Counted from the first letter of the stretch, positions 37,822-47,486 are shown. The stretch is 64,000 bases of DNA from Candidatus Latescibacterota bacterium (GCA_965221775.1 CBDCSU010000005.1:352001-416000); one strand, 5' to 3'. Made by a program: numbers and translations. The notes: a model not told the origin generated them from the letters alone.

Positions 37822-38565
37822 TCAGGTGGACGCCTCCGTCCATCGCGGCGACGGTTCCTCGGTGGCGATCCGCACCTGCCTCTCGATGGACCCGCCGCCG
37901 TTCGGCTCGCCCTCATGGGCCAGGTTCACCGGCAGCCGCAGGGTCGGAGGCACGGCGACGCCGGCGGAGACGATCATCTGGAAGGCTGCCTCGACGCTCA
38001 ACCCGGTGGGCTCGATCTCGTTGCGCGGCACGATGAGCATGAACCCGGTGGTCGGGTTGGGCGCCGTGGGCACGAAGATGCTGTGCGCCGGCGGCCGCCC
38101 GTCCTCGAAGGGCACATCGCCGGCGAGGAACCCGAGGGTCCACAGCCCCTTCCGGGGGTACTCGAAGAGGACGACCTGCTTGAACCCCGCCTTGTCGGGA
38201 GAGGTCATCGTCTCCATCAGCTTGCGCACCGGGCTGTAGATGGTGCGCACCAGGGGCAGCCGCTCGATCGCCTCGCGCGCGTCGTGCAGCAGGCGGCGGG
38301 TGAGCACGTGGGTGGTCACCGTGCCCACGACCCAGAGGATGAGGATGGTGAGCAGGAACCCGATGCCCCGGTAGTACCAGTCGGGATCGCCGGCGATGGC
38401 GGCGAAGGGGCGGATCAGGGGACGGGAGAACCGGTCGGCCCAGTTGAACAGGGTCCACAAGACCCAGCCGGTGATCCACAGAGGGGCGATGACGGTGATG
38501 CCCGCCATCAGGGTGTTGCGCAGCCGGTGCAGGCGGTTGGACCTGACCGGACCTGGTCTCTTCAT
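37822..38565 (-). CDS. DUF502 domain membrane protein
   Basis: Motifs AGITVIAPLWIT, LPLVRTIY..VRK, VLFEYPRKG.W.LGF, FVPTAPNPTTGF. Start placed at ATG 38565, downstream of its promoter. Confidence 0.9.
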   Translation of the reverse strand: MKRPGPVRSNRLHRLRNTLMAGITVIAPLWITGWVLWTLFNWADRFSRPLIRPFAAIAGDPDWYYRGIGFLLTILILWVVGTVTTHVLTRRLLHDAREAIERLPLVRTIYSPVRKLMETMTSPDKAGFKQVVLFEYPRKGLWTLGFLAGDVPFEDGRPPAHSIFVPTAPNPTTGFMLIVPRNEIEPTGLSVEAAFQMIVSAGVAVPPTLRLPVNLAHEGEPNGGGSIERQVRIATEEPSPRWTEAST

Positions 38566-38623
38566 ATCCACGACGATTACCGGAGGGGAGGCTTCATCGC
38601 CTCGGGGTCGGGCGGCACGGGCG

Positions 38624-38652
38624 AACCTACCCAGGCCCCGAAATGGTGTCAA
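38624..38652 (-). promoter_or_regulatory. Sigma70 promoter for the DUF502 gene
   Basis: Minus strand TTGACA-17 nt-TAGGTT. Confidence 0.7.
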
Positions 38653-38681
38653 GACAGGTCGATGGCCGGATTCCCTCTCCT

Positions 38682-38710
38682 TTGACACCCTGAAACCCCT
38701 CCTCTACCAT
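38682..38710 (+). promoter_or_regulatory. Sigma70 promoter for queC (nearly leaderless transcript)
   Basis: TTGACA-17 nt-TACCAT, with the ATG 10 nt after the -10 and no Shine-Dalgarno. Confidence 0.75.
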
Positions 38711-38719
38711 CGCCTGACA

Positions 38720-39469
38720 ATGACCCCCGCCTCCGAACCGGCCGTCCTCCTGCTGAGCGGCGGCATGGACTCCACGACCCTGCTGTGGCATCTGCGCACC
38801 GAGCGTCCGGACCACCCGGTGCACACCCTCTCCATCGACTACGGGCAGCGTCACCGGATCGAGCTCGAGTCGGCGGCCGCCCTGTCGGCCCGCGCCGGCG
38901 CCGCCTCGCACCAGGTCCTGCCCCTCGATCCGGGAGCCTTCGGCGGCAGCCCCCTCACGGATGACTCCCTCGACGTTCCCGCCGCCTCGGAGGACCGCCA
39001 GATCGACACGGTGGTTCCCTTCCGCAACCTGCTGTTCGTCACCCTCGCCGCCGCCTGCGCCGAGGGCCTGGGGGCCGCCGACATCTACATCGCCCCGGTG
39101 CGCGACGACCACGAGGCCTACCGCGACTGCCGGCGGGAGTTCTACGACAGCCTGGAACAGACGCTGAGGCTCGGCGCCGCACGCGACACGGCCTTCCGCA
39201 TCCACACGCCTTTCGTGGAGCGCACCAAGGTGGAAGTCGTGGCCCTCGGCATGAGGCTGGGGGTGCCCTGGGAGTTGACCCACACCTGCTACACGGGGCG
39301 GCGCCCGGCCTGCGGCCGCTGCGACGCCTGCAGCGAGCGGCTGGCCGCCTTCGCCGCCAACGGCGCCGTCGATCCCCTGCCCTGCGAGTTGGAGCGGACT
39401 GGAGGCGCGGCCCCCCGGGAAAGGCGGGGTCAGTCCACCGGCGCGAGGGTGCCGTCGCCGAGGCGGTAG
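38720..39469 (+). CDS. queC: 7-cyano-7-deazaguanine synthase
   Basis: LLSGGMDS PP-loop, DYGQRH, VPFRN, Y.DCR, T.TCY...CG.C.AC.ER. Confidence 0.92.
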   Translation: MTPASEPAVLLLSGGMDSTTLLWHLRTERPDHPVHTLSIDYGQRHRIELESAAALSARAGAASHQVLPLDPGAFGGSPLTDDSLDVPAASEDRQIDTVVPFRNLLFVTLAAACAEGLGAADIYIAPVRDDHEAYRDCRREFYDSLEQTLRLGAARDTAFRIHTPFVERTKVEVVALGMRLGVPWELTHTCYTGRRPACGRCDACSERLAAFAANGAVDPLPCELERTGGAAPRERRGQSTGARVPSPRR

Positions 39470-40008
39470 CGCTTCCCGGTGCGGGGGCAGCGGAAGCCGT
39501 CGGAGCCAACGCCCTGCAGCGGGTGGCCCTCCTCGCTGACCCACCCGGACTGGCGCCCGGGCACTCCGTAGACGACGGCGTGCGCCGGCACGTCGCGGGT
39601 GACCACCGATCCGGCGCCTACGAGTGCGTACTCCCCGACCGTCACGCCGCAGAGCACGGTGCTGTTGGCGCCGAGGGTGGCGCCCCTCTTCACCAGGATG
39701 GGCTGGAACTCGTGCTTGCGCTCGATGAAGGCGCGGGGATTCACTACATTGGTGAAGACCATGGAGGGGCCGCAGAACACGTCGGACTCCAGGGTCACCC
39801 CTTTGTATACCGACACGTTGTTCTGCACCTTGCAGCGGTCGCCGATGACGACATCCCGGTCGACATAGACGTTCTGGCCGAGGATGCAGGACCGCCCGAT
39901 TCGGGCCCCCGGCATGACATGGGTGAAATGCCAGATACGGGTGTCCTCGCCGATCTCGACGGGCTCGTCGACGACGGCGGTTTCGTGTATGAAGGGTTTG
40001 GATCCCAT
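39430..40008 (-). CDS. Hexapeptide-repeat N-acetyltransferase (WbpD/WlbB-like, UDP-diamino-sugar acetyltransferase)
   Basis: IWHFTH, LGQNV, KVQNNVSVY.GVTLE..VFCGPSMVFTNV.NPR, plus a C-terminal CP..G..Y. Confidence 0.9.
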   Translation of the reverse strand: MGSKPFIHETAVVDEPVEIGEDTRIWHFTHVMPGARIGRSCILGQNVYVDRDVVIGDRCKVQNNVSVYKGVTLESDVFCGPSMVFTNVVNPRAFIERKHEFQPILVKRGATLGANSTVLCGVTVGEYALVGAGSVVTRDVPAHAVVYGVPGRQSGWVSEEGHPLQGVGSDGFRCPRTGKRYRLGDGTLAPVD

Positions 40009-40106
40009 GGATGAGGCCGTTGTTCCGCGGCGGCTGCAATATACGGGCGCCCGCCGGCAGCGGCTACGCGCATCGACAGCACACCCCGGGAGGAGGTAGA
40101 CCCAGC

Positions 40107-41081
40107 ATGAAGCTCACCACTTTCGCCGTCGACAAGCAGGAGCGCCTCGGCGCCGTCGCCTGCGGCGACCGGATCGTCATCGACCTGGCCGCCGCCGAAC
40201 GCAGCGCCGCCCGCCGCGAGAAGCGCAAGTCCAGTGCCTTCTACGGCGACATGATCTCCTTTCTGCAGGCTGGCGCCAAGGGCATGGCCGCCGCCCGCAG
40301 GCTCGTGAAGGCGGTGTCGGAGAAACTCGGCGACGAGCCCAAGGCCGACGGCCGCAGCACCCACCTCCTGGGCCGCGTCAAGCTGCGCGCCCCGGTGCCG
40401 AACCCCGCCAAGCTGTTCTGCCTGGCCGGCAACTACCAGGACCACATCGAGGAGGGCGGCGGCCGCATGGCGGCCCAGGACAAGGAGACGCCGCGGGTCT
40501 TCATGAAGCCGCCCACCACGACCGTCGTCGGCCCCGGGGACCGCATCCTCATTCCGCCGGTGGCCCGCGCCATCGACTGGGAGGGGGAGCTGGCCGTGGT
40601 CATGGGCCGCCGGGGCAAGGCCGTCAAGTCCGCCGACGCCCTCCGCTACGTGGCCGGGTACACCATCATGAACGACGTATCCGAGCGCCAGCTGGTGATC
40701 AAGGAGCGCTCCGCCAGCCGGCCCAAGGACGAGTGGTTCGACTGGCTCAACGGCAAGTGGCTGGACACGGCGGCGCCCCAGGGGCCGTGGCTGGTCACCA
40801 CCGACGAGATCCGCAATCCCCAGGACCTCGATATCAGCACCTACGTGAACGGCGAGCGCAAGCAGCACAACAACACCGGCCAGATGCTCTACTACGTGGC
40901 CGACATCATCGAGTACATCTCGGCGATCATCACCCTGGAGCCGGGGGACATCATCAGCACCGGCACGATCTCCGGTGTCGGCGCCACCACCGACACCTTC
41001 CTCCAGCCGGGGGACCGGGTCGAGATCGAGATCTCGAAGATCGGCGTGCTGAAGAACAACGTGGCCGCCAGCAGGAAGTGA
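40107..41081 (+). CDS. Fumarylacetoacetate hydrolase family protein
   Basis: AGGAGG RBS; motifs NY.DH..E, F.K, DWEGELAVV, GYTIMNDVSER, GK..DT..P.GP, LEPGDII.TGT. Confidence 0.93.
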   Translation: MKLTTFAVDKQERLGAVACGDRIVIDLAAAERSAARREKRKSSAFYGDMISFLQAGAKGMAAARRLVKAVSEKLGDEPKADGRSTHLLGRVKLRAPVPNPAKLFCLAGNYQDHIEEGGGRMAAQDKETPRVFMKPPTTTVVGPGDRILIPPVARAIDWEGELAVVMGRRGKAVKSADALRYVAGYTIMNDVSERQLVIKERSASRPKDEWFDWLNGKWLDTAAPQGPWLVTTDEIRNPQDLDISTYVNGERKQHNNTGQMLYYVADIIEYISAIITLEPGDIISTGTISGVGATTDTFLQPGDRVEIEISKIGVLKNNVAASRK

Positions 41082-42301
41082 GCGGCGACCCATCGGCCTC
41101 GACGGGCCCGGCTCCCGTGGGACTGTGGAGCCGGGCCTTCGTCGTTCTCTGCGGCCTCTCCTTCCTCGGCGGCTTCGCCACCGCCCCGTACCACTCCCTG
41201 CTGCCGGTCTACGTCGACGCCGACCTCGGACGCCTGGCCCTGTTCACCGGGTACCTGCGCGCCGTCGCCCTCGCCCTGGGCGGCATCTTCGCCATCGTCG
41301 CGGGCCGTCTCTGCGACCTGCTGGGCCTCAAGGTCACCCTCCTCCTCGGCCTCGCCGGCAGCGCCGTGACGGGCCTCGTCTTCCACACCGGCGACGTCCT
41401 CCTCCTGACCCTGCTCACCCTCGTGGCGGGGGCCGCCGGCGGCCCCCTGAGCACCTCGGGCCAGAGCTACCTCATCGCCGCCGCCGGCCCGGCGCGCCTG
41501 GGTCTGGGCGGCGCCCTCTACTTCCTCAGCAGCACCCTGGGGCAGTCCGCCGGCAACCTCGCCACGGGACTGGTCAAGGAGGACTGGAGCTTCGGCCAGA
41601 TCGGCACGGCCATGGCCCTGCTCTCGGCGGCGGTGGTCCTGGCGGGGATGCTGCTGCTGCCGTCCACCCCCGTTCGTGAGTCCCGGCGGACGGCTCCCCG
41701 GCTGGCCCTGTGGTCGTCGTACCGGCCCCTGCTGGCGCAGCGGAACGTGCACCTCCTCGTCGGACTGCGGCTGACGATCACCGGCTTCTGGGGCATGGCC
41801 AGCCTGGCCCTGCCCCTGCTCGTGTACCGCGCCAGCGGCTCGGCGGCGACGGCCGCCTTCTACGGGTCCGTGAGCCTCGCCGTGGCCGCTGCCGGGCAGT
41901 TGCTCACCGGCCTGCTGCGGGACCGCTTCGGCCGCACCCGGCCCCTGGTCCTGTCCGCCGCCGGCATCGTCGCCAGCGCCGTGGGCCTGGTCTTCAGCAC
42001 CGGGTCGGTGACGGGTCTGTTCCTCCTCGGCACGGCCCTGTCGACGACGGCCTGGGCGGTCTCGGTCCTGGTGCCCGGCCTCATCGACGAGGTGGCCGCC
42101 GCCGGGGAGCGGAACCGCCTCGTCGGCCTGGGCCACATGGTCTGGAGCGGCGCCATGGTCACCGGCAGTGTCGCCGGGGGCTGGCTGGTGGAGGTCGGGC
42201 CGCATCTCCCCTTCGCCGTCGGCGCCGTCTCCTCGACGGTGGGAGCCTTGTGTCTGTGGCGTCTCTGCGTCCGCCTCGACTCTCTCCGGGCGGCGGGGTA
42301 G
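41078..42301 (+). CDS. MFS transporter
   Basis: GTG overlapping the FAH stop; about 12 TM; motif A variants GRLCDLLG and GLLRDRFGR. Confidence 0.88.
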   Translation: MSGDPSASTGPAPVGLWSRAFVVLCGLSFLGGFATAPYHSLLPVYVDADLGRLALFTGYLRAVALALGGIFAIVAGRLCDLLGLKVTLLLGLAGSAVTGLVFHTGDVLLLTLLTLVAGAAGGPLSTSGQSYLIAAAGPARLGLGGALYFLSSTLGQSAGNLATGLVKEDWSFGQIGTAMALLSAAVVLAGMLLLPSTPVRESRRTAPRLALWSSYRPLLAQRNVHLLVGLRLTITGFWGMASLALPLLVYRASGSAATAAFYGSVSLAVAAAGQLLTGLLRDRFGRTRPLVLSAAGIVASAVGLVFSTGSVTGLFLLGTALSTTAWAVSVLVPGLIDEVAAAGERNRLVGLGHMVWSGAMVTGSVAGGWLVEVGPHLPFAVGAVSSTVGALCLWRLCVRLDSLRAAG

Positions 42302-42307
42302 CGGAGC

Positions 42308-43447
42308 ATGCAACGGCTCAGGCTGCTGCTGGCCTCGGTGGCCCATTTCTGCGTCGACTCGTACGCCACCATGCTGGCGCCCCTGCTGCCGCTGGTGATG
42401 ACCCGTCTCGGCCTCGGCATCGCCGGCGCCGGGTTCCTCGGCACCCTGGTCACCCTGTGCAGCATCACCCAGCCCCTGCTCGGCCTGTGGGGCGACCGCA
42501 TGCAGCGCCGCCGGCTGGTCCTCGGGGGGATGGCCATGACCGCGGTCTTCACCCCCCTCATGGGCATCGCGCCGAGCTACTGGGTCCTCGTGGGGATCCT
42601 CTGGCTCGGCGGCCTCGGGGTCGCCGCCTTCCACCCCCAGGCGTTCTCGCTGGCCGGCGAGCTGTGCGGGCCCCGGCGCGGCTTCGGCCTGGCCCTGTTC
42701 ATCTTCGGCGGCACCCTCGGCCTCGGGGTGACGCCTCTATGGGTGCGGCCCTTCGCCGAGGCCGCGGGGCTGGAGTGGCTGCCCCTGGTGGGCGTGCCCG
42801 GGTTGCTCGTGCTGATCCTGGTCTGGCGGTTCCTGCCCCTCGACAACCCCCAGGCCGCCGCCCGCGAGGCCGGCGGCACGGCCCCCGCCGGCGACGGCGT
42901 CCGCAGGGGCCTGATCCTGATCACCGTCGTCGTCATCCTGCGCTCGGTCACCGGCCTCTGCTTCGGGATCTTCCTGGCCGTCCTCGCCGGAGAGCGGGGC
43001 CTGTCGCCGGAGCAGGGCGACCGCTGGCTGGCGATCTACAACATCTCCGGCGTTGTCGGCGCCCTGCTCTTCGGCTACCTCTCCGACCGCCTCGGCAAGC
43101 GCCCCCTGGTCTGCTTCTCCCTCCTGGCGGCCAGCCCGGCCCTCTTTTTCTTCCTGCAGGCCGAGGGCTTCACCGCCTACCTGCTGCTGGGCGTGGGCGG
43201 CGGCTTCCTGCTGGCCTCCAACTCGATCCTCGTCGCCCTGGCCCAGGAGCTGGCCCCCGGACGCTCGGGGCTCGCCTCCAGCCTCCCCCTCGGCTTCAGT
43301 TGGGGCGTCGCCAGCCTCGCCCTGGGACCGACCGGGTACATCGCCGACCGCGTCGGACTCTCCCTGACCCTCGAGTGGCTCGCCCTGCTGCCCCTGGTGA
43401 CCGCCGTGGCCGCCCTCTTTCTTCCGGACCCCTCGCGGCAGAGGTGA
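42308..43447 (+). CDS. MFS transporter, fosmidomycin-resistance (Fsr) family
   Basis: Motifs HFCVD.Y, QPL.G...DR, G.AAFHP, GYLSDRLG. Confidence 0.88.
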   Translation: MQRLRLLLASVAHFCVDSYATMLAPLLPLVMTRLGLGIAGAGFLGTLVTLCSITQPLLGLWGDRMQRRRLVLGGMAMTAVFTPLMGIAPSYWVLVGILWLGGLGVAAFHPQAFSLAGELCGPRRGFGLALFIFGGTLGLGVTPLWVRPFAEAAGLEWLPLVGVPGLLVLILVWRFLPLDNPQAAAREAGGTAPAGDGVRRGLILITVVVILRSVTGLCFGIFLAVLAGERGLSPEQGDRWLAIYNISGVVGALLFGYLSDRLGKRPLVCFSLLAASPALFFFLQAEGFTAYLLLGVGGGFLLASNSILVALAQELAPGRSGLASSLPLGFSWGVASLALGPTGYIADRVGLSLTLEWLALLPLVTAVAALFLPDPSRQR

Positions 43448-43478
43448 CGTCCGCGAACCCCAGCGAAGGAGACCGCCC

Positions 43479-44117
43479 TTGTACGAACTCTGGAAACCGA
43501 TCTACACGGCGCTGGCCGCCGATGTCATGGACGCCCTCGGGTACCGGGAGCAGGCCCTCGACCACGGCGTCCGCCCCGCCCATCCCGCCAGCTCCTTCGC
43601 CGGCCCGGCGGTCACCATCGACGCCCACCGCCGCGAGGAGCCCCACGACGATCCCTACGGACACATCTTCGAAGCCTACGACCGCGTCCGCCCCGGGGAC
43701 GTGATCCTGGTGGCCACCAACGGCGAGGTGCGCTCCGGCCTGTGGGGGGAGTTGCTGGCGACGGCCGCCGCCGCCCGCGGCGTCAACGCCGTGGTCACCG
43801 ACGGTCTGGTGCGCGACGTCCGCCAGATGAACGACATGGGCTTCCACTGCTTCTGCCGCGGCTTCTCGCCCCTCGACTCGGCGGGGCGGATCCTGCCCAC
43901 CGGGGTGCAGGTGCCGGTCACCTGCGGCGGCGTCCGCGTCGAGCCCGGGGACTTCGTCCTCGCCGACTACGAGGGGGTGGTCGTCATCCCGGCGGCGATC
44001 CGCGAGCAGGTGCGGACCCGGTGCCTGGAGAAGCTGGAGGGGGAGAACCGCGTGCGCGACGAGCTCGCCTCGGGGCGCTCGCCGCGGGAGGTCTTCGACG
44101 AGTACGGGATCCTCTGA
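43479..44117 (+). CDS. RraA family / HMG-CHA aldolase-like protein
   Basis: AAGGAG RBS before a TTG start; motifs WGELL, V.DG.VRD, GGV.V.PGD.V.AD..GVVVIP. Confidence 0.88.
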   Translation: MYELWKPIYTALAADVMDALGYREQALDHGVRPAHPASSFAGPAVTIDAHRREEPHDDPYGHIFEAYDRVRPGDVILVATNGEVRSGLWGELLATAAAARGVNAVVTDGLVRDVRQMNDMGFHCFCRGFSPLDSAGRILPTGVQVPVTCGGVRVEPGDFVLADYEGVVVIPAAIREQVRTRCLEKLEGENRVRDELASGRSPREVFDEYGIL

Positions 44118-44145
44118 AGCCGGCGATGCCGCCAGCCGCGGTAAC

Positions 44146-45312
44146 TCAGCTCGCCGCCGCCAGGGCCGCCTCGAAATCGGCCCACAGGTCCTCGGCCGCC
44201 TCGATACCCACGGCGACGCGCACGAGGCCGTCGCCGATGCCGAGGGCGCGCCGCCGCTCCGGACTCTGGCCGGCGTGGGAGCTCACCGCGGGCCGGCTCA
44301 CCAGGGTCTCCACCCCACCGAGGCTGGGGGCGTCCACGGCCAGTTCCAGACGGTCGATGAGCCCTTGGGCGGCCCCGGCGCCCCCGAGATCGAAGCTGAG
44401 CACACCCCCGCAGCCGGCGAACCACCGGCGGGCGCGCTCGTGTCCGGGGTGGCCGGCCAGCCCCGGGTAGTGGACGGCGGCCACGGCGGGGTGCGCCTCC
44501 AGCCGCTGCGCCAGGAACAGGGCGTTGCGGTTCTGCTGCTCCACGCGCAGGGCCAGGGTCTTGAGCCCCCGCTGCAGCAGGAAGCAGGCGTGCGGATCGA
44601 GCACCCCGCCGAGGTGGTTCATCTTGTGCGTCACCCGGCGGACCCGCTCCGCCGTGGAGACGACGGCGCCGGCGACGATGTCGGAGTGGCCGTTGAGGTA
44701 CTTCGTGGCGCTGTGCAGCTCGACGTCGAAACCAGCCTCCAGAGACCGGTAGTTCACCGGCGTGGCGAAGGTGTTGTCGATGACGGAGACGATCCCCCGC
44801 TCCCGGCAGAAGGCGGTCACCGCCTCCAGGTCGGCGACCTCCAGGAGGGGGTTGGTCAGGCTCTCCACCAGGAAGGCGCGGGTCTCCGGACGGACGAGGT
44901 TCGCCCATTCCACCGGGTCGTCACCGCCGACGAAGTCGACGTCGATGCCCAGGGCCGGCGCGTCTTCCGTGAGAAAGCTGAGGGTGCCGCCGTAGAGGCA
45001 GTCCTGGGCCAGCAGGTGGGGCCGCTCCCGCCCCGGCTCCGCCTCCAGCAGGGTCAGCAGGGTCGTGGTGATCGCCGCCATGCCGGAGCCCGCCACCACC
45101 GCCGCCTCGCCGCCGCAGATCCCGGCCAGCCGCGCCGCCAGGTCCCGGTGGTTGGGCGAGTTGCTCAGCCGCAGGTAACGGATGTCGTCGTACGAGGCGG
45201 TCTCCTCCGCCTCCCAGGTGGCGCTCTGGAAGACGGGCTGCACCACCGACCCCTCGATCCGGTCGAGGCCGCCGTGGATCAGGCGGGTGCGCAGGTCGCG
45301 GCGGCGGCTCAC
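44146..45312 (-). CDS. PLP-dependent trans-sulfuration enzyme (cystathionine/methionine gamma-lyase or synthase family)
   Basis: GTG 45312 overlaps the folC-fusion stop; motifs Y.R..N.P, SGMAAI, ES.TNP, DNTFATP, HSATKYLNGHSD, RGLKTL.LR, SLGGVETL, GIE..EDL. Confidence 0.92.
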   Translation of the reverse strand: MSRRRDLRTRLIHGGLDRIEGSVVQPVFQSATWEAEETASYDDIRYLRLSNSPNHRDLAARLAGICGGEAAVVAGSGMAAITTTLLTLLEAEPGRERPHLLAQDCLYGGTLSFLTEDAPALGIDVDFVGGDDPVEWANLVRPETRAFLVESLTNPLLEVADLEAVTAFCRERGIVSVIDNTFATPVNYRSLEAGFDVELHSATKYLNGHSDIVAGAVVSTAERVRRVTHKMNHLGGVLDPHACFLLQRGLKTLALRVEQQNRNALFLAQRLEAHPAVAAVHYPGLAGHPGHERARRWFAGCGGVLSFDLGGAGAAQGLIDRLELAVDAPSLGGVETLVSRPAVSSHAGQSPERRRALGIGDGLVRVAVGIEAAEDLWADFEAALAAAS

Positions 45313-47444
45313 AGGACGTTGTCGCGCAGCAGCCGCTCGTAGACGGCGACGAAGTCGCCGCGGCCGTTGGAGCGGTTGTAGAAGAAGCAGAACGGGTTCG
45401 GGTTGAGTTCCAGGATCCACCAGGCGCCGGCGTCGTCGCGGATCAGGTCGATGGCGTAGAAGCCGAGATCGATGACGCCGGCCACCTCCCCGGCCAGCCG
45501 CCGCAGCGGCGCCAGCACCTCCTCGCCGGTGACTCGCTCGGCGCGGCCGCCCGGGTGGTGCAGAGGGTTGAGATCCTCCGCCCCCGACTCGTCGCTGGCC
45601 TTGGCGTAGGCCAGCAGCAGCTCCCCCCGGGTGGCCACGGCCCGGTACTCCCGGCCGCTGACGAAGGACTGCACGAGGACGAGGTTGTCGAGGGGGCCGG
45701 CGTTCTCGAAGAGCGACTGCAGCCTCCGGGCCACGCCCTGGGCGTCCGTCTCCAGGTAGACCCCCTGGGAGCCGGAGCCCCGGGCCTTCTTGACGAGCAC
45801 CGGCCAGCCCATCTCCGCGTTGACGGCGGCGGCCATCTCCTCCACGGTCCGGTGCCGCTTGTAGCGGTTGAAGCGGTCGTCGGCGTAGGGGTTGAAGAGC
45901 TGCATCGTGAAGGGCACGGGCAGGCCGGCGGCGGCGAAGAGCTCGTGCTGGTAGCCCTTGTCCTCGGCCACGCGCGCCGCCGCGTAGTCGTTGAAGGGGT
46001 GCTTGTTGCGCACGAACAGGAAGGGACGGCGGCCGCCGTCGAGGCGCACCACGTTGCCGTCCCCCGAGACCGGCCGCGTCCGCAGGCCGAGGCCCTCGCA
46101 GGCGAGGGCGAGGCACTCGAGGCTCTCCGCCGCCGCTTCCTCGCCGATACCCTCCGCCTGAAGGGGCAGGTCGAAGTACTCCCGCCCCCGGGCCGCCAGG
46201 TGCAGGGACCCGGTGACGCAGATGCGGCCGGACTCGCCCGCTTCGGCCAAGGCTCTCTCGAAGGCCTTCCGGCAACTGGGCTCGATCCCGGCCGTCACCC
46301 CCGGCGCCGCTGCGGCCGCACAGGCGGCCAGATCCTCCACCGGCATCGCCTTCGCGTGTCCGGACTCGGTGAGCAGGAACCGAGCCGCCACCGGCTTCAG
46401 CTCTTCGAGGACCTCGTCGGCCGGGTGGTCCTCGTTGACGCCCAGGACGAAGATCCAGTCCCTGCCGGCGCGGGCGAGGTCGGCGGCCAGGGCCGCGGCC
46501 GCGGCCGGGTTGTGGGCGCCGTCGAGGAGCACGCGCGGGTGCTCGCGGGCCATCTCGAAGCGGCCCGGCCACTGGTGGGAAGCCAGCACCCGGCGGGCGC
46601 GCTCCGGTTCGAGGTCGGGGCATACCCGGGCGGCGGCGGCCACCGCGAGGCGGGCGTTGTCCACCCAGCTCCCGGGTCTCGTGTCGGAGGCCTCGGGCGC
46701 CGCCAGGTAGGGGACGGGCTCGCCCTCCCCTTCGAGGCGGAACCCACCGTCGCCGCAGACGATCAGGGGAATGGCCTTCTCACGGGCCCGGCGGCGGACG
46801 AGGTCGAGGACTTCGGGGTCCTGTGCGGCCGTGGTGAACAGGGGCCGGCCGGGACGCGCCACGGGCAGCTTCTCGCCGGCGATGGAGACCAGGTCGTGTC
46901 CGAGAACGGCGCAGTGGTCGAGGGCGACCGGGGTCAGGATGGCGAGGTCGTGGTCCCAGGCGTTGGTGGCGTCGTGGCGCCCGCCGAGGCCGACCTCGAA
47001 GACCGCCGCCTCCACCCCCTCGGAAGCGAAGAGGTGGGCGGCGAGAGCGGTGAGGGCCTCGAAGCGGGAGAACGGCCCGAGTCCCTCGGCCTCGAAGCCG
47101 CGGGTGGCGTCGTGGACGAAGGTGACCGCCTCGGCCCAGCGGTCCTTGTCGAGGAGGCCGCCGTCGACCTGGATGCGCTCGCGCTGGCTGTGCAGATGGG
47201 GGGAGGTGTAGAGCCCGGTGCGGCGGCCGGAGGCCTGGAGCAGCGCCGCCAGCAGGCTGGCCACCGTGCCCTTGCCGTTGGTGCCGGCGACGATGACGCT
47301 GCCGAAGCGCTGCTGCGGATCGCCGCAGCGCCGCAACAGGGCGCGCACCCGGGGCAGGTAGTGCTCCAGGGGCCCCTCGGGCGGCCGTCCCCGCTCCCAG
47401 TCGGGCAGGGTGTCGAGAAATCGCTTTGACCTGGAGTAGTCCAC
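45309..47444 (-). CDS. folC: FolC-like folylpolyglutamate/dihydrofolate synthase fused to a C-terminal RimK-like ATP-grasp domain
   Basis: N-terminal ~430 aa: VAGTNGKGT, YTSPHL, FEVGLGGR.DATN, WPGRFE, DGAHNP, TGSL. C-terminal ~280 aa: DK..Q, P..VK...GS.SQGV, VQSFV.G.EYR, AIDLI, LELN.NP. Confidence 0.85.
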   Translation of the reverse strand: MDYSRSKRFLDTLPDWERGRPPEGPLEHYLPRVRALLRRCGDPQQRFGSVIVAGTNGKGTVASLLAALLQASGRRTGLYTSPHLHSQRERIQVDGGLLDKDRWAEAVTFVHDATRGFEAEGLGPFSRFEALTALAAHLFASEGVEAAVFEVGLGGRHDATNAWDHDLAILTPVALDHCAVLGHDLVSIAGEKLPVARPGRPLFTTAAQDPEVLDLVRRRAREKAIPLIVCGDGGFRLEGEGEPVPYLAAPEASDTRPGSWVDNARLAVAAAARVCPDLEPERARRVLASHQWPGRFEMAREHPRVLLDGAHNPAAAAALAADLARAGRDWIFVLGVNEDHPADEVLEELKPVAARFLLTESGHAKAMPVEDLAACAAAAAPGVTAGIEPSCRKAFERALAEAGESGRICVTGSLHLAARGREYFDLPLQAEGIGEEAAAESLECLALACEGLGLRTRPVSGDGNVVRLDGGRRPFLFVRNKHPFNDYAAARVAEDKGYQHELFAAAGLPVPFTMQLFNPYADDRFNRYKRHRTVEEMAAAVNAEMGWPVLVKKARGSGSQGVYLETDAQGVARRLQSLFENAGPLDNLVLVQSFVSGREYRAVATRGELLLAYAKASDESGAEDLNPLHHPGGRAERVTGEEVLAPLRRLAGEVAGVIDLGFYAIDLIRDDAGAWWILELNPNPFCFFYNRSNGRGDFVAVYERLLRDNVL

Positions 47445-47486
47445 GACTCCCGATCCCGTGCCCGGCCGGCGGCGCCGCGAGGGCGG

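Noticed and set aside
38720-39469. QueC as part of a Qat or Dpd defence/DNA-modification system
   Set aside because: It has canonical QueC length and motifs, and there is no qatABD, dpdA or TatD neighbour.
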